Source of the DNA: Amoebophrya sp. A120
Taxonomy: Eukaryota > Protista > Dinoflagellata
Direction: 5' to 3'
Assembly: GCA_905178155.1 (NCBI GenBank)
Contig: CAJINV010000004.1
Coordinates: 4,520,518-4,584,517 of the forward strand
DNA length: 64,000 nt
Shown: positions 1 to 13,767 of the stretch, in pieces
Layout of the letters: every line of letters starts with the position of its first letter
Numbering within the stretch: the stretch's first letter is position 1
The notes under the pieces: model-generated
The model's input: the letters and a program-made list of their open reading frames with translations, nothing else
Told to the model about the DNA's origin: nothing
Databases searched by the model: none
Made by a program: the position numbers and the translations under genes

Positions 1-546
1 CTTGCCGAACATCTTCACGACGTATAGGTGTGTGATAAAAACCCTGAAGATGATTTGGATCCCAACCAACCTCTGTATGCGTGTAACATACTTCTTCGTA
101 AAGAAAGTTGTAGATGATCAAGATGAGTACAGTATTATGGATTTTCTTGTGATGGTGCTTTGCTATTTCACATCAGCAGTTTATTGGTGCGTGCGCTAGA
201 TATGATACAAGCGCGACGATGTTATTGGTTCGTCTCCTCAGAAAATTATATCGTTCCAGCATCTTCATGATCATGCCTGTCATTGTCCCATCTTGGAATT
301 TTTGATGAGCCCGCGTTTTTTGATTTTGTGTCGCTGTCTGTTTCACGCAGGGCAAGATGGATCGTGGTTGTTTTTTTTGCAAAGGAGAGAAGGCAAATGA
401 CCTCGCGAGGACCAACGCGAAGGAATCGTGTTCGTCGTGTGGCGCTTTTGAATTTCTTCCCTTAAAAACGAGCCCAGAACGGGAAGTAGAACAGTGAAAT
501 ATGCGGTTCGGGTTAGAAAGACGGTGAGCAAGAATTCGCTAAAATC

Positions 547-3500
547 ATGACGGTAAAGAAAATGGTTGCGCAGCACGCTACTATAGGACCACGGAAGCGA
601 ACTACGGTCGGACGCCACACCACAGTAGTTAATACCCGGGGAAGTAGAGAGCATCTGGGTCAACACGAGGACAACACGATGAAAAAAGAGCAACAAAAAC
701 AATTCGAGCACGACGATCAGCCAGGCTCAGGCAGCCCGGCGGCCTCGCAGCTGTCGTCCTGCAGTGCGATCGTTACAGGCATATTCGTTGACGGCACGCC
801 GGTGCGAGATTTGTCCCGGATCGGTTTTCGTGCTGCGTCGAGCGACAGGGCAGCTTTTACAAACAAGTCACGACCCGGTACGTCGACGTCTACTTCCGCC
901 GTCAAAGGCGGTTTTCGAAGTAAATGGGCCCAAATTTTGGAGGTCATCGAGAACGAGGAAGTTGTGAATTGGGGCAAAAATAACGAAGCCCCACCCTCCG
1001 ACCTCCACGATGGAACGTCAAGTTTTTGCAGTACGGAGCAGGCCGAGTTGACCTTCGACAATTCGGAGGTTTCGTTTTACTTTGAAATCGGGATTCTCAC
1101 TCCTCCTGAAGGCTGCGACTTCATCGCGGCGGCACACGACCAGGAGGCATCAAACGGTAGTCATTTTTCAGGGTCGGCGCAGAAAGGTTCCAGTTTCAGT
1201 TTTACTCCGACGCGCCCAGCAATTGCGACCCCCTTCGGCTCCTTGGAGGTTCGACTGGATCGCGCGAGCGACCATGCGTTTCACTTGCTGAAACTGAGAA
1301 GCGGAGTGGAGCTCTTCGATGACCCGCGAGGAGGTCATCTCCCCACGACATCATCCACCGAGGAGTCGTCCTCTTCTTTTGCAGCTTTTCTTCCTCCTGA
1401 ATTGCGCAACGTTTTTCACGACAGAGACCTTGAGGTCGAAATGCTGATTTCGGTGAACAAAGCATCTCCGAAGACAACTTCACTAGATCCACGTGCAGCT
1501 CCGGCTCCCGAGCATGACAGCTTGGTGGATGCTGAGGCGCTGCTTCGCTTCGAAGCTTACCAACAGTACGTTGCGAACAGTTTACAGCTCTGTGAAGCAG
1601 GAGGCGGAGCATCACTAGACCACGGAGCAGCTTCTTCACACCATCACGACTCCGCCTTGTGGTCAACGTCGACCACGCCACCCTCGATGAGAAATTTCTT
1701 CCTCGTGCAAAAAGAACCCTTCGAGCGCATCATTGCGTTGCTGAAACAGAAAGAACAACTTCTCTTCACGAAACTCAAAGAATCGGAGCTGGAGCTGGCC
1801 ATGCGGGCGGCGGGCCAGGAAAAGAAGATGGAGGCATTGCTGAAAAGGTTTTCGGATCTGCTGCGAAACCACTCCTTCGGCACGCCCAGTGGCAGTGCCA
1901 ATGGGTCTCCCGTGGAACAACAACAGATACTGGATATTCTTGCCAAAGACGCCCTGCAACAAAGTAGTACTAGAACAGACTCGACACTAAACGGCGACGG
2001 TCAAGAGCATCGAACTGCTGGTGTTGACAGCTGTGCTGTGCAAGCCGTCAAGAAGAGCCAGAATCTGTTGACAAGCGATACCGATAGCAAGATCCGGCAG
2101 CGGCAAGTGTCGGACACAGATTGGAAAATCGCTTGGAACCAGCTGTTTCTTACCGCGGCTTTGCAAGGGAAAAGGGTTGCGCTGGAGGACGTATAGATTT
2201 AGATATAGATTTGTTTCCGTAAACGTAATAAAGTTCTTTGCTGAAATGCAAAATTGGTGCTGCACCTGCACCAGATCCGGCACCTGTGAATGATCTTCTT
2301 GCTTGCTATGCTTGTTCATCTCGTCTCCATGGCGGGGTACTTACCTGTTGTAAGTAGCAGTGGTGACCATTACCGCACCTGGAAAAATTATCCCATCGAC
2401 TTTTAATTTCTATCAGGCCGATTTCACCGCCCGCCATGCTGCGTGGATGCGCTCCCGAATTGCCACGGAGCGCCAGCGACTGCTCGCGCGGCACAAAGCG
2501 CGGCTGGTGGAGAACGAGGAGCAGATCAGGGTGTTGTCCAGGCGAATCAGCGAGGCCGAAGCTGCGGGAGCTGCCGCGGAGGGTACTAGTAGTACAACGA
2601 CCCAGCACGACGACGTGTTTATTGCGGGCAACAAGGAGGAAAGCATAAGCAATGAATTTGTTGACAATGTGTCGACTTTGGAGGCTGTCTTGCAGCGGTT
2701 AAATGAAGAATTCACGAAAAACGAGAAGCGGTTGGAGCTCGGCATGGTGGAGAATCAAGGACTCTGTTCGGAGGAGGAAAAATGGAAAACACAATTGCAA
2801 TATTAAATGTAAAAATGTCTGGGTCTGGAAGAATGCAACTTGTCATGCTAGATCTGAAGCATGCAAAAATCTGTGTTGCATGATTACCAAAAGTCGTCCA
2901 GTTTTGACCAAGTCGGGAGGGAGTTTGTCATGTAGGATAGGCATGAGAGAGATCGCACAGAATCTGTCATGTTAGGTCCTACATTCCAGGCTTCATTGGT
3001 CATGGGAAAGCTGCATGACAAATCGCGCATTCTTCCAGACCAAGACACTTTTACACTCGATATGCAAGAAGCACAGAAGTTGCGGAAGTCGAAGGAGGAG
3101 GAATGGGAGGCACTGATGCATGTTGGGGCTACTGATGGTAAAAATCAACGAGATGGTGTAGTTGGTACAACTCTGCTTGACACGACAGGGACTACACCTC
3201 AACCTCATATCAACCTCCCGCCAATCTCTGTCCAACTCTGCAAGAACCTGAAAGAACACACCAAGCATCTGCAGGAAGAACGAAAGCAGCAAGACGGAAT
3301 TCTGGCTAAGATTGAAGACGCTGAAACATCTCTGCGGACGGAGCTTGCAAGGGTGAAAAGAAATAGCCTAGACGGTGAAAAACGTGCAGAAGGTGCGCGT
3401 CGCTCGGTGGAGCGGATGGAGAGATTAAAAGGTCTAGCTGCAACGTTGGAAGCGGAAAACGCACGGCTTAGTGAAGTCGTTGGGGAAAAGGTAATGCAAC

Positions 3501-5034
3501 AAGAAGTCGCACTTGTATTTTGGTAGTGGTTCCTCTTCCTTGCTGAACAAGAGGCAGCGAGTAGAGTACAGGTCGGCCGATCAATTTTCAACTTCATGTG
3601 TTAGTACTGTAGAAGTAGCATGGCCATGAGAGCAGAACTAGATGATACGAAAAATCACTAAACCAAAAATCAGGTCCGCGCATTTGGGCAGGCATTCGAA
3701 AACATGCAAAGAGATGACTCGGATCATCTTCAGTGGGACGTCGAACACGAAGATGTTGCAGCCACGGGAACAGCAGGAGCTCTCACGAAGAGTCACACAA
3801 CACAAACGGAACAACCAAGTCAGATCAAAAATCGCCAGCAAACCACCGAAAAGCAGGTCCGGCAGTTGGAACTGAAACAGTCTCTCCTCCTGGAGAAATC
3901 CCAGGATTTGCAAGCGAAACTCGATGAAGATGTAACTGAAATACCGACGACGTTGCTGGAGGACAACTTCTTGCATGAAGAAGAAGATGCAAATCAAGCA
4001 ACTACGGCTGCTAGAGGTACTTCTTCTGCCCAAGTAGGTCATCTTCCAGCAAGCGTCGCAAGCCGCAACGCCCTACGAAAAGAGGCGCACGCGTTTGCGT
4101 ACCAGGCGAGTCACAACCTGCAGGAGCTCCAGAAGTACTCCGGGAAGTACCACGCCGCAGTTTTAAGAAAGGAAGAAGAAATTTTCGCCGGGCTGCGGGA
4201 GCAGGTACTGCAGTCCGACGTTGCGATCTGGCACTTCCGCGAAAGAATCAGGAAATTAAACCTTCTGAGTTCTTGTACCAGCAACGGAGAAGCAGGAAGT
4301 TCATTCACAAGTCCGGGAAACGGAAACTATGTCAGTAAGAAGTCCGGGTCGCCGGGCTTCTTTGCTGGGCCAGCAGCTCCTGTGGTTGTCCCAAACGACC
4401 CAACTGACCTCCTGCTCTTCCAGCATTGTCAGCACGCCCCACCGTTGTGCTCCTTCCATCGACTCGCCCGCGGCAAATACCTTTTTGGAGCTCGTCTGCT
4501 ACGCAATACAAAACATTTTCGTTTCCCGTAGTTCTTGCACACGTACAAAATGCCCACGCGTACTGACAAATTTATTGTTCCATCTTGAGTGAAGCATTGA
4601 ACTTGTCATGCTGAATGAGGTTATAGAAAACATGAAGCAACAGCAACATTTCCATTTGTGCGTGTACAGGATTTTTTTCCTCTGGATAACCGCATGTGCA
4701 GGCGTACCTGGTCAGTGTGGGGACCACTACTTCTACAGGAAGTTCTTCGTCAGCTACTCATAATGCGAACACCAGCACCGCAAGCAGTACGGGAATAAAT
4801 ACCAAAGCGGCGCAGACGGGGCCGCGCGATAGGTGGAGTACGGCGGAACAAGAGCAGTCCGCAATGTTTCATCAGACCAGCATAAAGAAAGAATTCTCCG
4901 CAAGTGCTGACCGGTTGCGCCTAAAGGTGGGAAAAAACGCGACCTTTGCCTTTTCGCAGTTCGTTCAAGCATTTGACGAAATGGAATTCAAGTTTCTGTT
5001 GCGAGAAATGAAAACAATAAACCGAAGGTCGTGA
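547..5034 (+). CDS. Multi-exon coiled-coil protein with C-terminal GAS2/GAR-like domain
   Basis: ORFs 547-2196, 2360-2806, 2969-3526, 3704-4531 and 4696-5034 are colinear. Removing the element at 2801-3067 joins KWKTQLQ|EAQKLRK in frame. C-terminal FHRLARGKYLFGARL...LRLKVG...FSQFV resembles the GAR motif (GKYxFG...VRVG..L.EFL). Other intron ends were not resolved. Confidence 0.6.
2801..3062. mobile_element. Introner family A (TIR TATCAAATGTAAAAATGTCTGGGTCTGGAAG)
   Basis: TIRs at both ends; TSD TGCAA at 2796-2800 and 3063-3067; removing 267 nt restores the ORF. Confidence 0.93.
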
Positions 5035-6904
5035 AGCCTCCCCTTGAATAATCATTGTTGAGAAACTCAAACTTCTCCTAGTAGCACCATTATTCCTAGT
5101 TCTTGTCGAGCACATCCACCCGTTCAACTACCGTCTTCTAAAACTACGATCGACCTGTCTTAGGGTTGATGTTCCGCTCACCCGGACGCCTGTACAATGG
5201 AGCTGGTGGTTCTATGAAAACTTACATTTTGATTTTCATGTTTCGAAGTAGCCCTGTACAATTTGCATTTGGTTCACATCAAAGTCAAACATCATAGATT
5301 TCGAACACACCTACTTGAAATTAAGCCAGAATTGTGCGTGTAGTCAACAAAATGAAAATCTACGAGAAAGTGCAATAGTTACTCTGTGCGGCGCAGCATC
5401 CATCCCATCCTGCATGATATAGATAAGTAAAATGTTCTTCTTGTACATGATCTAGTTGCGGTCCTCTGCTGCGACATCAGAAGAAATCGAATTTTGGTAT
5501 GGAAATACGCAGGATGAAGTTGCCAACATGCGAAGAACCGCTCAACTAAAACTTTTTGGAAGACCTTGATCATGAACAATGAATGTGGTGGAGTCCTCCA
5601 CGACCGCATGTTACTCAGTGACGACGTAATATGAATAACACGTTCCGCGATTCAATCACTTATTTGCAATTGCATCTAGGTCTACTTCAGGCTGCAGCGG
5701 CATAGCTACCTCCTCCCCGATCATGTTGAGTAGATCTTCTTATTTTCTTTGGTTTTTGGCCTAAGAAGGAGCTTTTCGAGATCATCTTCTAAGTGGTACT
5801 ACAAATCGAAAAAGACGGAGTTCTGAACAACGTTCAACAACAAGCAGAAGACTGTTTTGGTTCTTCGACTCAATGAGATCGATTTTTAGAACAGTTGTAC
5901 AAAGCTGCCTCAAGCAAAAGCGGAGTCAAAATGGTTTGGATGTTTGCGACACCTCCATGCAGTGCTAGTGCATGGTATCCCGCTCAAGATCCGCGAGATC
6001 GTCCACGCCAATTTCTCCTCGACGATTTCCGTATTGATAGCTTTCGAACGTCGACCTCCTTTCCTAATGTACGTCTTCAGGTTGAGCCCCCATGTATGTT
6101 GAGCAGCCTTGTGATTCAAATTAGGCTGAGGAGTCTTATGATCAACCTATACCTGTGATTTTCTTTTGGTGATTTGGATATCTGCGAAGTACTAGTTCGG
6201 CTTCAGAAGGTTTTTGATAAAAGAATTTTTCCGTCGTTGAGGCCACTTTGTAGTCGCTGGATTGTTTCCTTTCATCCTATCGATGGATTTTTAGACTTAG
6301 ATCTTTAACCCCAGCAAACCGCCTCTAGTGCTGCTATAATTTTATTAGCCGTACTCTTCAATCATACTGTAAAATCAACAAGCAACTTACTGTAAAATCG
6401 TGAAACAAACTCTCCACAACCGCATTTTTAACTGTCAAAGTTGATCCGTTTTTGCCTTTTGATTGAAGTGTTGACAACGAACAAGATTATTATGTAAGAT
6501 TATTTATTTGTAGCATGCTCAAACACATCAACTTTGTATCACTATCACTGTACAATTGAATAATTTTTCTTTCTATCTGAAGGTAGACCGCGAAACTAGG
6601 AACTCAGACAGTCTGTCCCTGCCTTATACAATATAAGAATAAATTTTTTACGTATATGATTGCTCCTCGTCCAGTTAGGAACTAAGACCTGTACTACTAT
6701 ACGATTTACGATTCGCCACGGGAACAAGTCTAGCTGTAGCTCCTCGTCCTTGCAGTACAACTATCAGAACAGAAAATAAAAATTGGAGCAAGTAGATAAC
6801 AAACTAGACCTGCGACCTGAACCGCTAGAAGAAATTGTGGACATAAAACCACAGACGAACAGGTGTAAAAACATCAGAAAAAAAAAAACTTACTAATATA
6901 CAAA

Positions 6905-9900
6905 ATGTTGCCGGACGAACAAGAGTTTCACGATGGTGCATTTGCTCACGATGAAAGCACAACCTCCGTCGCAAACACGCCATCCAACGGGTGTTCACCA
7001 GCCGCATGTGCCGCAGGGGCGGGCGGCGCAGCAGCAGGAGGGGATGCCGCAGCCGCAGTCACTGGAACAGCAGCAGGAGCAGCAGCAGCCAGTACTACAG
7101 CCACGACCGCAGCGGCAGCCACCGGTGGGGCGGCCGCCACAGCCGCCGCGACCACGATACCCTGGCTTTTGGTCGGAGCGATCTCGGGAGTCGTAGCCGT
7201 TGTAGGCACGGTTGCCGCTGTCGCGGTCGTGTACGGATCGCAGGCCCAGGCGGTGTCTGCCCCGGCAGAGCAGACCTGCGGTGATGTCAGGCTCCAGCAA
7301 CTGGTCGGAGAAAAATTCGGGCCTGTGCTGAAATTCCACTCAATGAAGGACTTGTGCAAGGCCAAGCTCGGGGACTCGAAAGCCACAGACGCCCCCTGGG
7401 AACGCGTGCCCTCCTGGATCGTGGAGAAGGTTGAGGAAATCGGGGCGACGGATAAAGCAGGACAGAGAGGAGCGGCTGGTAATGGTACTACAAACACAAA
7501 AATCTGGAAACAAGGCAGAGCCGCTGATCTCCAACAACAGCAACAGCGAACGGCTGAGCAACAGAACCAAGTGGCCCAAGACCTGGCTGGCGCCTGTTGC
7601 TTCATTCCGGCCGCGGACGGCGCTTTCGGGGATAATTTGCACGGGGGCCACCCTGGGGGTGGAACCACGCTCTTCCCCGGCGGCGGTGCCGCGGGCGGCG
7701 GGAGCACGAACAATAATGGAGCGAATAACAATGGAGCAAACAACAGCGGAGTAAATCTAAATTCACCGCAACATCAGCAGCTCCAACGACCCCCCACCCC
7801 CGTCCGGTCCCCGATCCCGTGTACTGACGTGTCGTTCTCCGACGGAAGATCCCTGAGTGAGTTCTGCAGAGCGCAGACAGATCCCACCTCTGGTCTTCAT
7901 TCGCTGAGCCCCGTTACCCACCCTTCGACCACGTTGGTCTCGTGGTTCAAGCCCGAGGCAAACCGTCCCGTGAACCCTGGAAATGCCATCCAGGCAGGCA
8001 CGATCGCGTCGGCGTGCTGTACTACGGTTCTTGGTGGCAGTGGAAACAACGGCGGTGGTGGCAATGGTGGCACTGGAAACAACAGTGGGAACAATAACGG
8101 AAACGGGGGCAACAACGGCGGTGGTGGCAATGGTGGTAGTGGAAACAACGGTGGGAACAATAACGGAAACGCGGGCGGAAACAACGGCGGAGGGGGGCCT
8201 CCTCCGCCTCCTCCCCCGCCACCGCCACCCCAGCAGAACCAGGCGGTAGCGGCCACGAGGCTACAGGCCGGGGTTCGCGGGGGACTTGCGCGGCGGAGGG
8301 TCGCCAGACTGAGAGGACTGCAGCATCAACGAAACGCAAACGCCGCGCTACGCCTCCAACGGGTGTGGCGTGGCGCCCGAGTACGCCGCGCTCCGGCCGG
8401 TCCGGGGAGTACTGGTGCAACTCCGCCTGCTCCACCTGCGCCGGCCGCAGTTCCGGCGGGCGGCAATCCAACTCCAAGTCCTCCTCCGCCGCTGCCCACT
8501 GCTCCTCCTGGTCCAACCCCTACCACACCGCCGGGTCTTCCTCCAGTTCCCCCGCCTATTACACCTGCAGGGGGAGGTGGAGGAGGAGGTGGTGGTGGTG
8601 GTAGTAGTGGTGGTGGTGGAGGAGGAGGTGGTGGCGCGCGACCGAATGTTGGGGGCAATAGTAACCCCGCATTAGAGCCGCGAACAGGTACTTACTAAGA
8701 TAATGTGATAGAAGTGAAGATAGACAAATTTCTTGGAATTGTGTGGCTCGCCTGCATAGAAGGCTTTATATGTACGTTGGTTCGTTGTACATAGCCACCT
8801 TCCATCTGTTTGAGTTCCTTCGTCGGTTGCCGTGCAGCTGCCTTTGAAAATTTCATATCGGAGAACTAGATCTTTATACATCATGCAGATTGTACGTGTA
8901 CCTGTAAACAATAATCTTGTTGAACAACTCTGACCACCTTACACAGGTCCACCGTCCGCGCCACCGGCAAAAGCGTCAGCGCGTCCTGCTGCGAGAGGCT
9001 ATCTGAACGCATTGTTGGCTGCAATAGCAAAGAGAGACCTGTCAGCAAAGAAGATTCAGGGTGCTTGGCGGCGGAAGAAGGGACGCGAGGAAGCGGTGCG
9101 AAACATGGTACGTCGCTTGGTCTTCGGGGGACCTCCTGCAAAACCGCCACCACCAACCGAGACGGTCAGACGCGAGGCAGTCGGACTCAGACTCATGCAA
9201 GATTTAGAGGCCACGAGGATTCAGTCGGCTTGGCGCGGATATAAGACACGCGGGGAGTTAGAGTCAAGGGCTGCGCAAGAAGCACAGGAACGTCGTGCAG
9301 CAGAGACGGCTACGCATGGCAAAGATGATGTATATGCCTGGTTCTAGCGGATGTCATTTGCCATGTATCTCTGATTTTGATAAGCAAGAAATGGGCTAGT
9401 GCAATTACAACACCCTAGGATCATCATCACACCTTCACGCCGCGCATGCATCAAAAATTTTTGGCTGAGGCTGATCCAAAATGCGCATCCCCAGCGATAA
9501 TCGACAATGGCAATGTCGGCGCGGTTGTTTTAGCATCACAAGTTTGCACACTGAAATTCGTCCAGACAAAGAACCAGACATATTTGCAGTTGATAAGAGC
9601 ACGCCAAGTGGCCCTCGCTCTCGAAGACGAGGAAAGGCAAGAGCGAGAGCGGTCTGCTGCAAAGGCCACAATTCAGGCAGCCTTGCGGGGACACGATGCA
9701 CGCGAGAAGTTAAGGGTACTGGCGGAGCAGGAGCAACAGCAAGCACGGGAGGAAGCGGAGCGTCGTGCGCTCGAAGACGAAGAAAAGCAACAACGAGAAC
9801 GCGCCGCACTGGCGGAGGAGCAAGCACGGGAGGAAGCGGAGCGTCGTGCGCTCGAAGACGAAGAAAAGCAACAACGAGAACGCGCCGCACTGGCGGAGGA

Positions 9901-12900
9901 GCAAGCACGGGAGGAAGCGGAGCGTCGTGCGCTCGAAGACGAAGAAAAGCAACAACGAGAACGCGCCGCACTGGCGGAGGAGCAAGCACGACGGAAGGAA
10001 GCGGAGCGTCGTTTGCTCGAACAAGAAGAAAAGCAACAACGAGAAGCTGCTGCAAAGGCCAAAGTCGCGAACAAGCTTCAGCAACGCTGGCGGGAGAGGA
10101 AGGAGCAGCGGGAGAAGGCACGTCTCGCCGCGAGGAATCAAAACCGCTGGGCGACTCTGACTGAGGCGCAATTAGTTGCCGCAGGGAAAAGCGCACTTGA
10201 TAAAGAACGGGAACAGATTGCGAGGACCACTGAGATTCAGAACCGGTGGGAGGAGATGGCAGCCGCTGCACTGGAGCGAGCCAAGGAAAAAGAAGCGGAA
10301 GACAGTGCTGCGCTGGCAATTCCTGCAGTTTCTCCTCCAAAACCTGCGGCAGGTGTAGGCGCGGCTCTCAGCAACATCGCCCAAAATATAAATAATCCTT
10401 TTGGAGGCCAGAAGGCCGTGAACAGAGAGCCGAATCGCGATCCTTTTTGTCAAAAATCGCCTTATGGAGCCCTTGCTGCGTTTGAGGAATGGTTGCACAG
10501 CGGAATTAGAGACCACGGCGCTATGAACTCAAATGGTGAATTTGATGACAACATTCTTTACAATCTTCTTTCCAGCAAGGACGTCTTCCGACAGGATCCC
10601 AATACTTTGCGGCAGCATCAAGACGCACTCGTAAGAGAATTCGCCACTCTCAGGCTCGCAACGGAGTGGTTCGCCCGCTGTGTCGCGGCGAAGCCGAAGT
10701 CTGCTGCTTCATCCCTCTTGGACCGCCTGTCTGTATTATCCCCCGACAACACACGAGGACACCAGCGGATGAAAAATAACAGCGACGGTGCTCCCCCTGG
10801 AGGTGTGCCGTCCACGTCCTCTGAATCGAGTCGCCACCGTTCGGTTGTGGCCACAAGCGCAGTGCGGGCTCTGGCCAAATTTCTTCGCCCGGACTGGTGG
10901 ATGGCACGAAAGACCGCGTTTCTGACGGAGGAACAGGCAAAAGATGAGGACGTCAGCCAAATGACTCAGGAGGAGGCCGATATGCGTGGGCTGCTCGAGT
11001 ACCGCATAGTGCGCGAACTGCATAAAAAGATGCTGGTGACGTCGACGTCAGCGACAGCCTCGAGTACTACTGCTACGAGCTCTACTGAAGGCGCCGCTGC
11101 TGGTGCAAGTCAGAAAGAGCCCGAGAAGATACAGTTGCTGCCGGAATACTGGAGCTTGGACGACGAGAAATCTAGAATGCAACAGGAGACAGACCTGATC
11201 GAAATCTTCGAAAACGTTCTTCGCAGCGATTTTGCCACAGCAGACGCGCAAGCGGAATCAGAGATTTTTGCTCGTGCAGCTTCACGAGGACCAGCGGCTC
11301 CTGTTCCAGATGATAGTCAGACGGATACAGGAGTATCAGGACCTGCGACCGTGAGGTGCGCGTTCTCCCGAGGTACGGCCGTAAGACAAGTCAGGGCGGT
11401 AATTATGATAGGCCACAACTCGTCCTCCACCTCCTCCTCCTCGTGTGAAATAAAACACGGACAGCAACAGAGAAGACGAGGGCTGTAGTGATTTTTCCAT
11501 AATTAAACAACAACAAGAGATCATGTTGACCACCATGGTGATTTGCATTTAATAAACAAGAAATCTTGGACTTGGTACTACACCTATTTGGACAGTTGTA
11601 GTAGTTGTACCTACTGCGCTGTTTACTAGTAGTACAACCACTTGAAGAATGTAGTAGTTGTAGCTTCTCGCAATTAGGAATTGAAGTCACTAGAACTAGC
11701 AGCTCAGCGTCTACAAGCACGTAGCTGCAAGTGCGTTTTTCCATGACGCCAGGAGATCGGGAGGGGGACGCGTTGTGCACTCGGATAGTATTGGTTGCGG
11801 ATCTACTCGAGAATTTTATGCTGATGGAAGAACATCGGCAGGTCGAACAGACAACTGGAAAGCAGGCTGTACGACCATCGGACAGCGGTGAGGTGGAGCA
11901 GCAACAGCAAGAGCCTCCAGTTACTGCTGCTGCTGGTGGAACAAGCGTGGGACCGGAACAACAAACTCGAACTACAGGCACGACTGCTGCTGGCTTGTCA
12001 GAACAAGTCTCCGCTGGGTGGATCCGGGGGGCGGCAGCCAAGATAGGTTTCCTTGGTGCAGCAATGAATAAAATACGTCGACAAGGTGCAGGCCCGCAGG
12101 CGATCGAAAACCAACCGGAAGGAGAGACCGGAGTAAAGCAGCCGAAAATATTCAGCCGTGTGGTAGTTGGCCGTTACCCTGCACTGAAGGTCGTGATAAC
12201 CAAGAAACGCCTGGTCAACGCGCAGCAGTTCGCGTGGAGGGCGTTTGGGTGGCAAACAGTGAGCATATCGGAACACAATGACGAACTCGGTGTCTTGGGG
12301 GACATGTATTTCAAAACCTTCGGGGTCGGGGAGGCACAACTACGTGGGAGTCAAGAAATAACGCGGTTGCTCAAGAAAGCGTTAATGTTGAAGCCGGACG
12401 AGAACCCGGAGCAGGAGGTGGACGTCGACTGGTATGACGCACCACACCTGAACGGACGTAACAAAGGATGGGAGGGCGTATCGCTTGAAGACCGCCTGCT
12501 CGAGCAGATCCATACTGTGCTGAGAGACTTTTCCTACAGGGGCCTGACCGAAGGCGAGCTTCAGACGCTGCAATGGGCGTCCTGGGCCAGACGCCCCGGT
12601 AGAATCGTCCGTAAAATAAACCTCTTGCCCCTTGCAGCTGCCGGAGAAGGAGATGATGACGTTGACGGCCATGATAACACTAGTTCGAGTGGCGCGCCGC
12701 CACAACAACCGGCCGAGGAGACACCGGGGGCTTCGTCAAGTTCTGCGAGCGGGTCGTCCGACGCAATAGCAAGTGCAGCGCAAGAAGAAGCGACTCGCGA
12801 TTCGTCGGAAGATGCTACGCGCCTCGAAGGAGGAGCATCAGGAGCAGGCGAGGATGCTGGAGGTTTATTAAAATCTAGCACCGCTACTGATCATCGAATT

Positions 12901-13767
12901 GGCGATGAAGACGAGGAAGGTGGTGCGCCGGTACGACGCGGCATGACAGCGCCAGTACAGGAACCGGCGGCGGTTGAATCGACAGGAAATCATGACTGGA
13001 CTGATTTTTGGGGTGGACCGGAGGATCACGATGAGGAAGCTTCTATTGTTGATGAAGAGGAGCCACAGGTAGACAATACTGCAAATGGGTCTTTGTCATC
13101 AGCATCCCCGCCGGGGCAGGCGGCCGCACAACGAGAGCAGGGTGAAGATGATGATATTGCGGCGGAACTTGCAGAGAAACTGGCCAGATGGGAAGCCCAA
13201 CAACAGGCAGAAAGTCTTGCCATTGACGCGGAACTTGCGAGGCAGCTAGCCAGCCTGCCCAAGGAACCGGATAGTCCAGGTGCGGACGGCAGTGCGGGAA
13301 GCGGGCATGATGATGCAACCGTACGACCTGCAGCCGCATCTTCCTCTTCTGGCGCGACACCACTGCCTGCCGCCGCGCGCGGTGCCGCTAGTACACCGGT
13401 TGCGGTTGATGACGTCGCAAGGCCTGTAGGAGAACTACAGCCGGGGATCATCACGACCCCGCCGTCCTCTCCGACGCCGTCTCCGTCTTCTGAAGAAGAA
13501 AAAACAAAGCAGGGTGACCACAAAAAACCCCCTTCGCCGCGGCGGCCTAACCCCTTGGACAAGGCGTTGCGGCGACAGAACCTCGCCGCGGGGGCATCTC
13601 CAGGCGGAGAGGCTTCCAGCAATTCAGCTTCCTCTTCGTCCTCGCAGGATGCCGCGATCTGGTCCCCGCAAGCAAGACCAACAAGGCCACGGGGGGTGCC
13701 AGGCGTGCCGTTTCTCCAGCAGTTGAAAAAAACGCGACCAGTAAAGACAAAGAAGAAGAAAAAATAA
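6905..13767 (+). CDS. Large membrane-anchored Pro/Gly-rich protein with about 6 IQ motifs, an E/R-rich helical repeat and WH2-like motifs
   Basis: N-terminal TM segment (IPWLLVGAISGVVAVVGTVAAVAVVY). IQ-like motifs LQAGVRG, LQRVWRG, IQGAWRR, IQSAWRG, IQAALRG, LQQRWR. In-frame GT-AG introns 8688-8946 and 11373-11752, plus a degenerate introner at 9311-9600. Confidence 0.7.
9311..9595. mobile_element. Degenerate family A introner
   Basis: Right TIR ccagacatatttgcagttgata is recognisable, left TIR is decayed. TSD acggc/agagc. Removing 290 nt joins ETA|RQVAL in frame. Confidence 0.7.
9739..10045 (+). repeat. 81-bp coding tandem repeat (27 aa AEEQAREEAERRALEDEEKQQRERAAL), about 3.7 copies
   Basis: Near-identical units, e.g. 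starting at 9811 and 9892. Confidence 0.9.
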
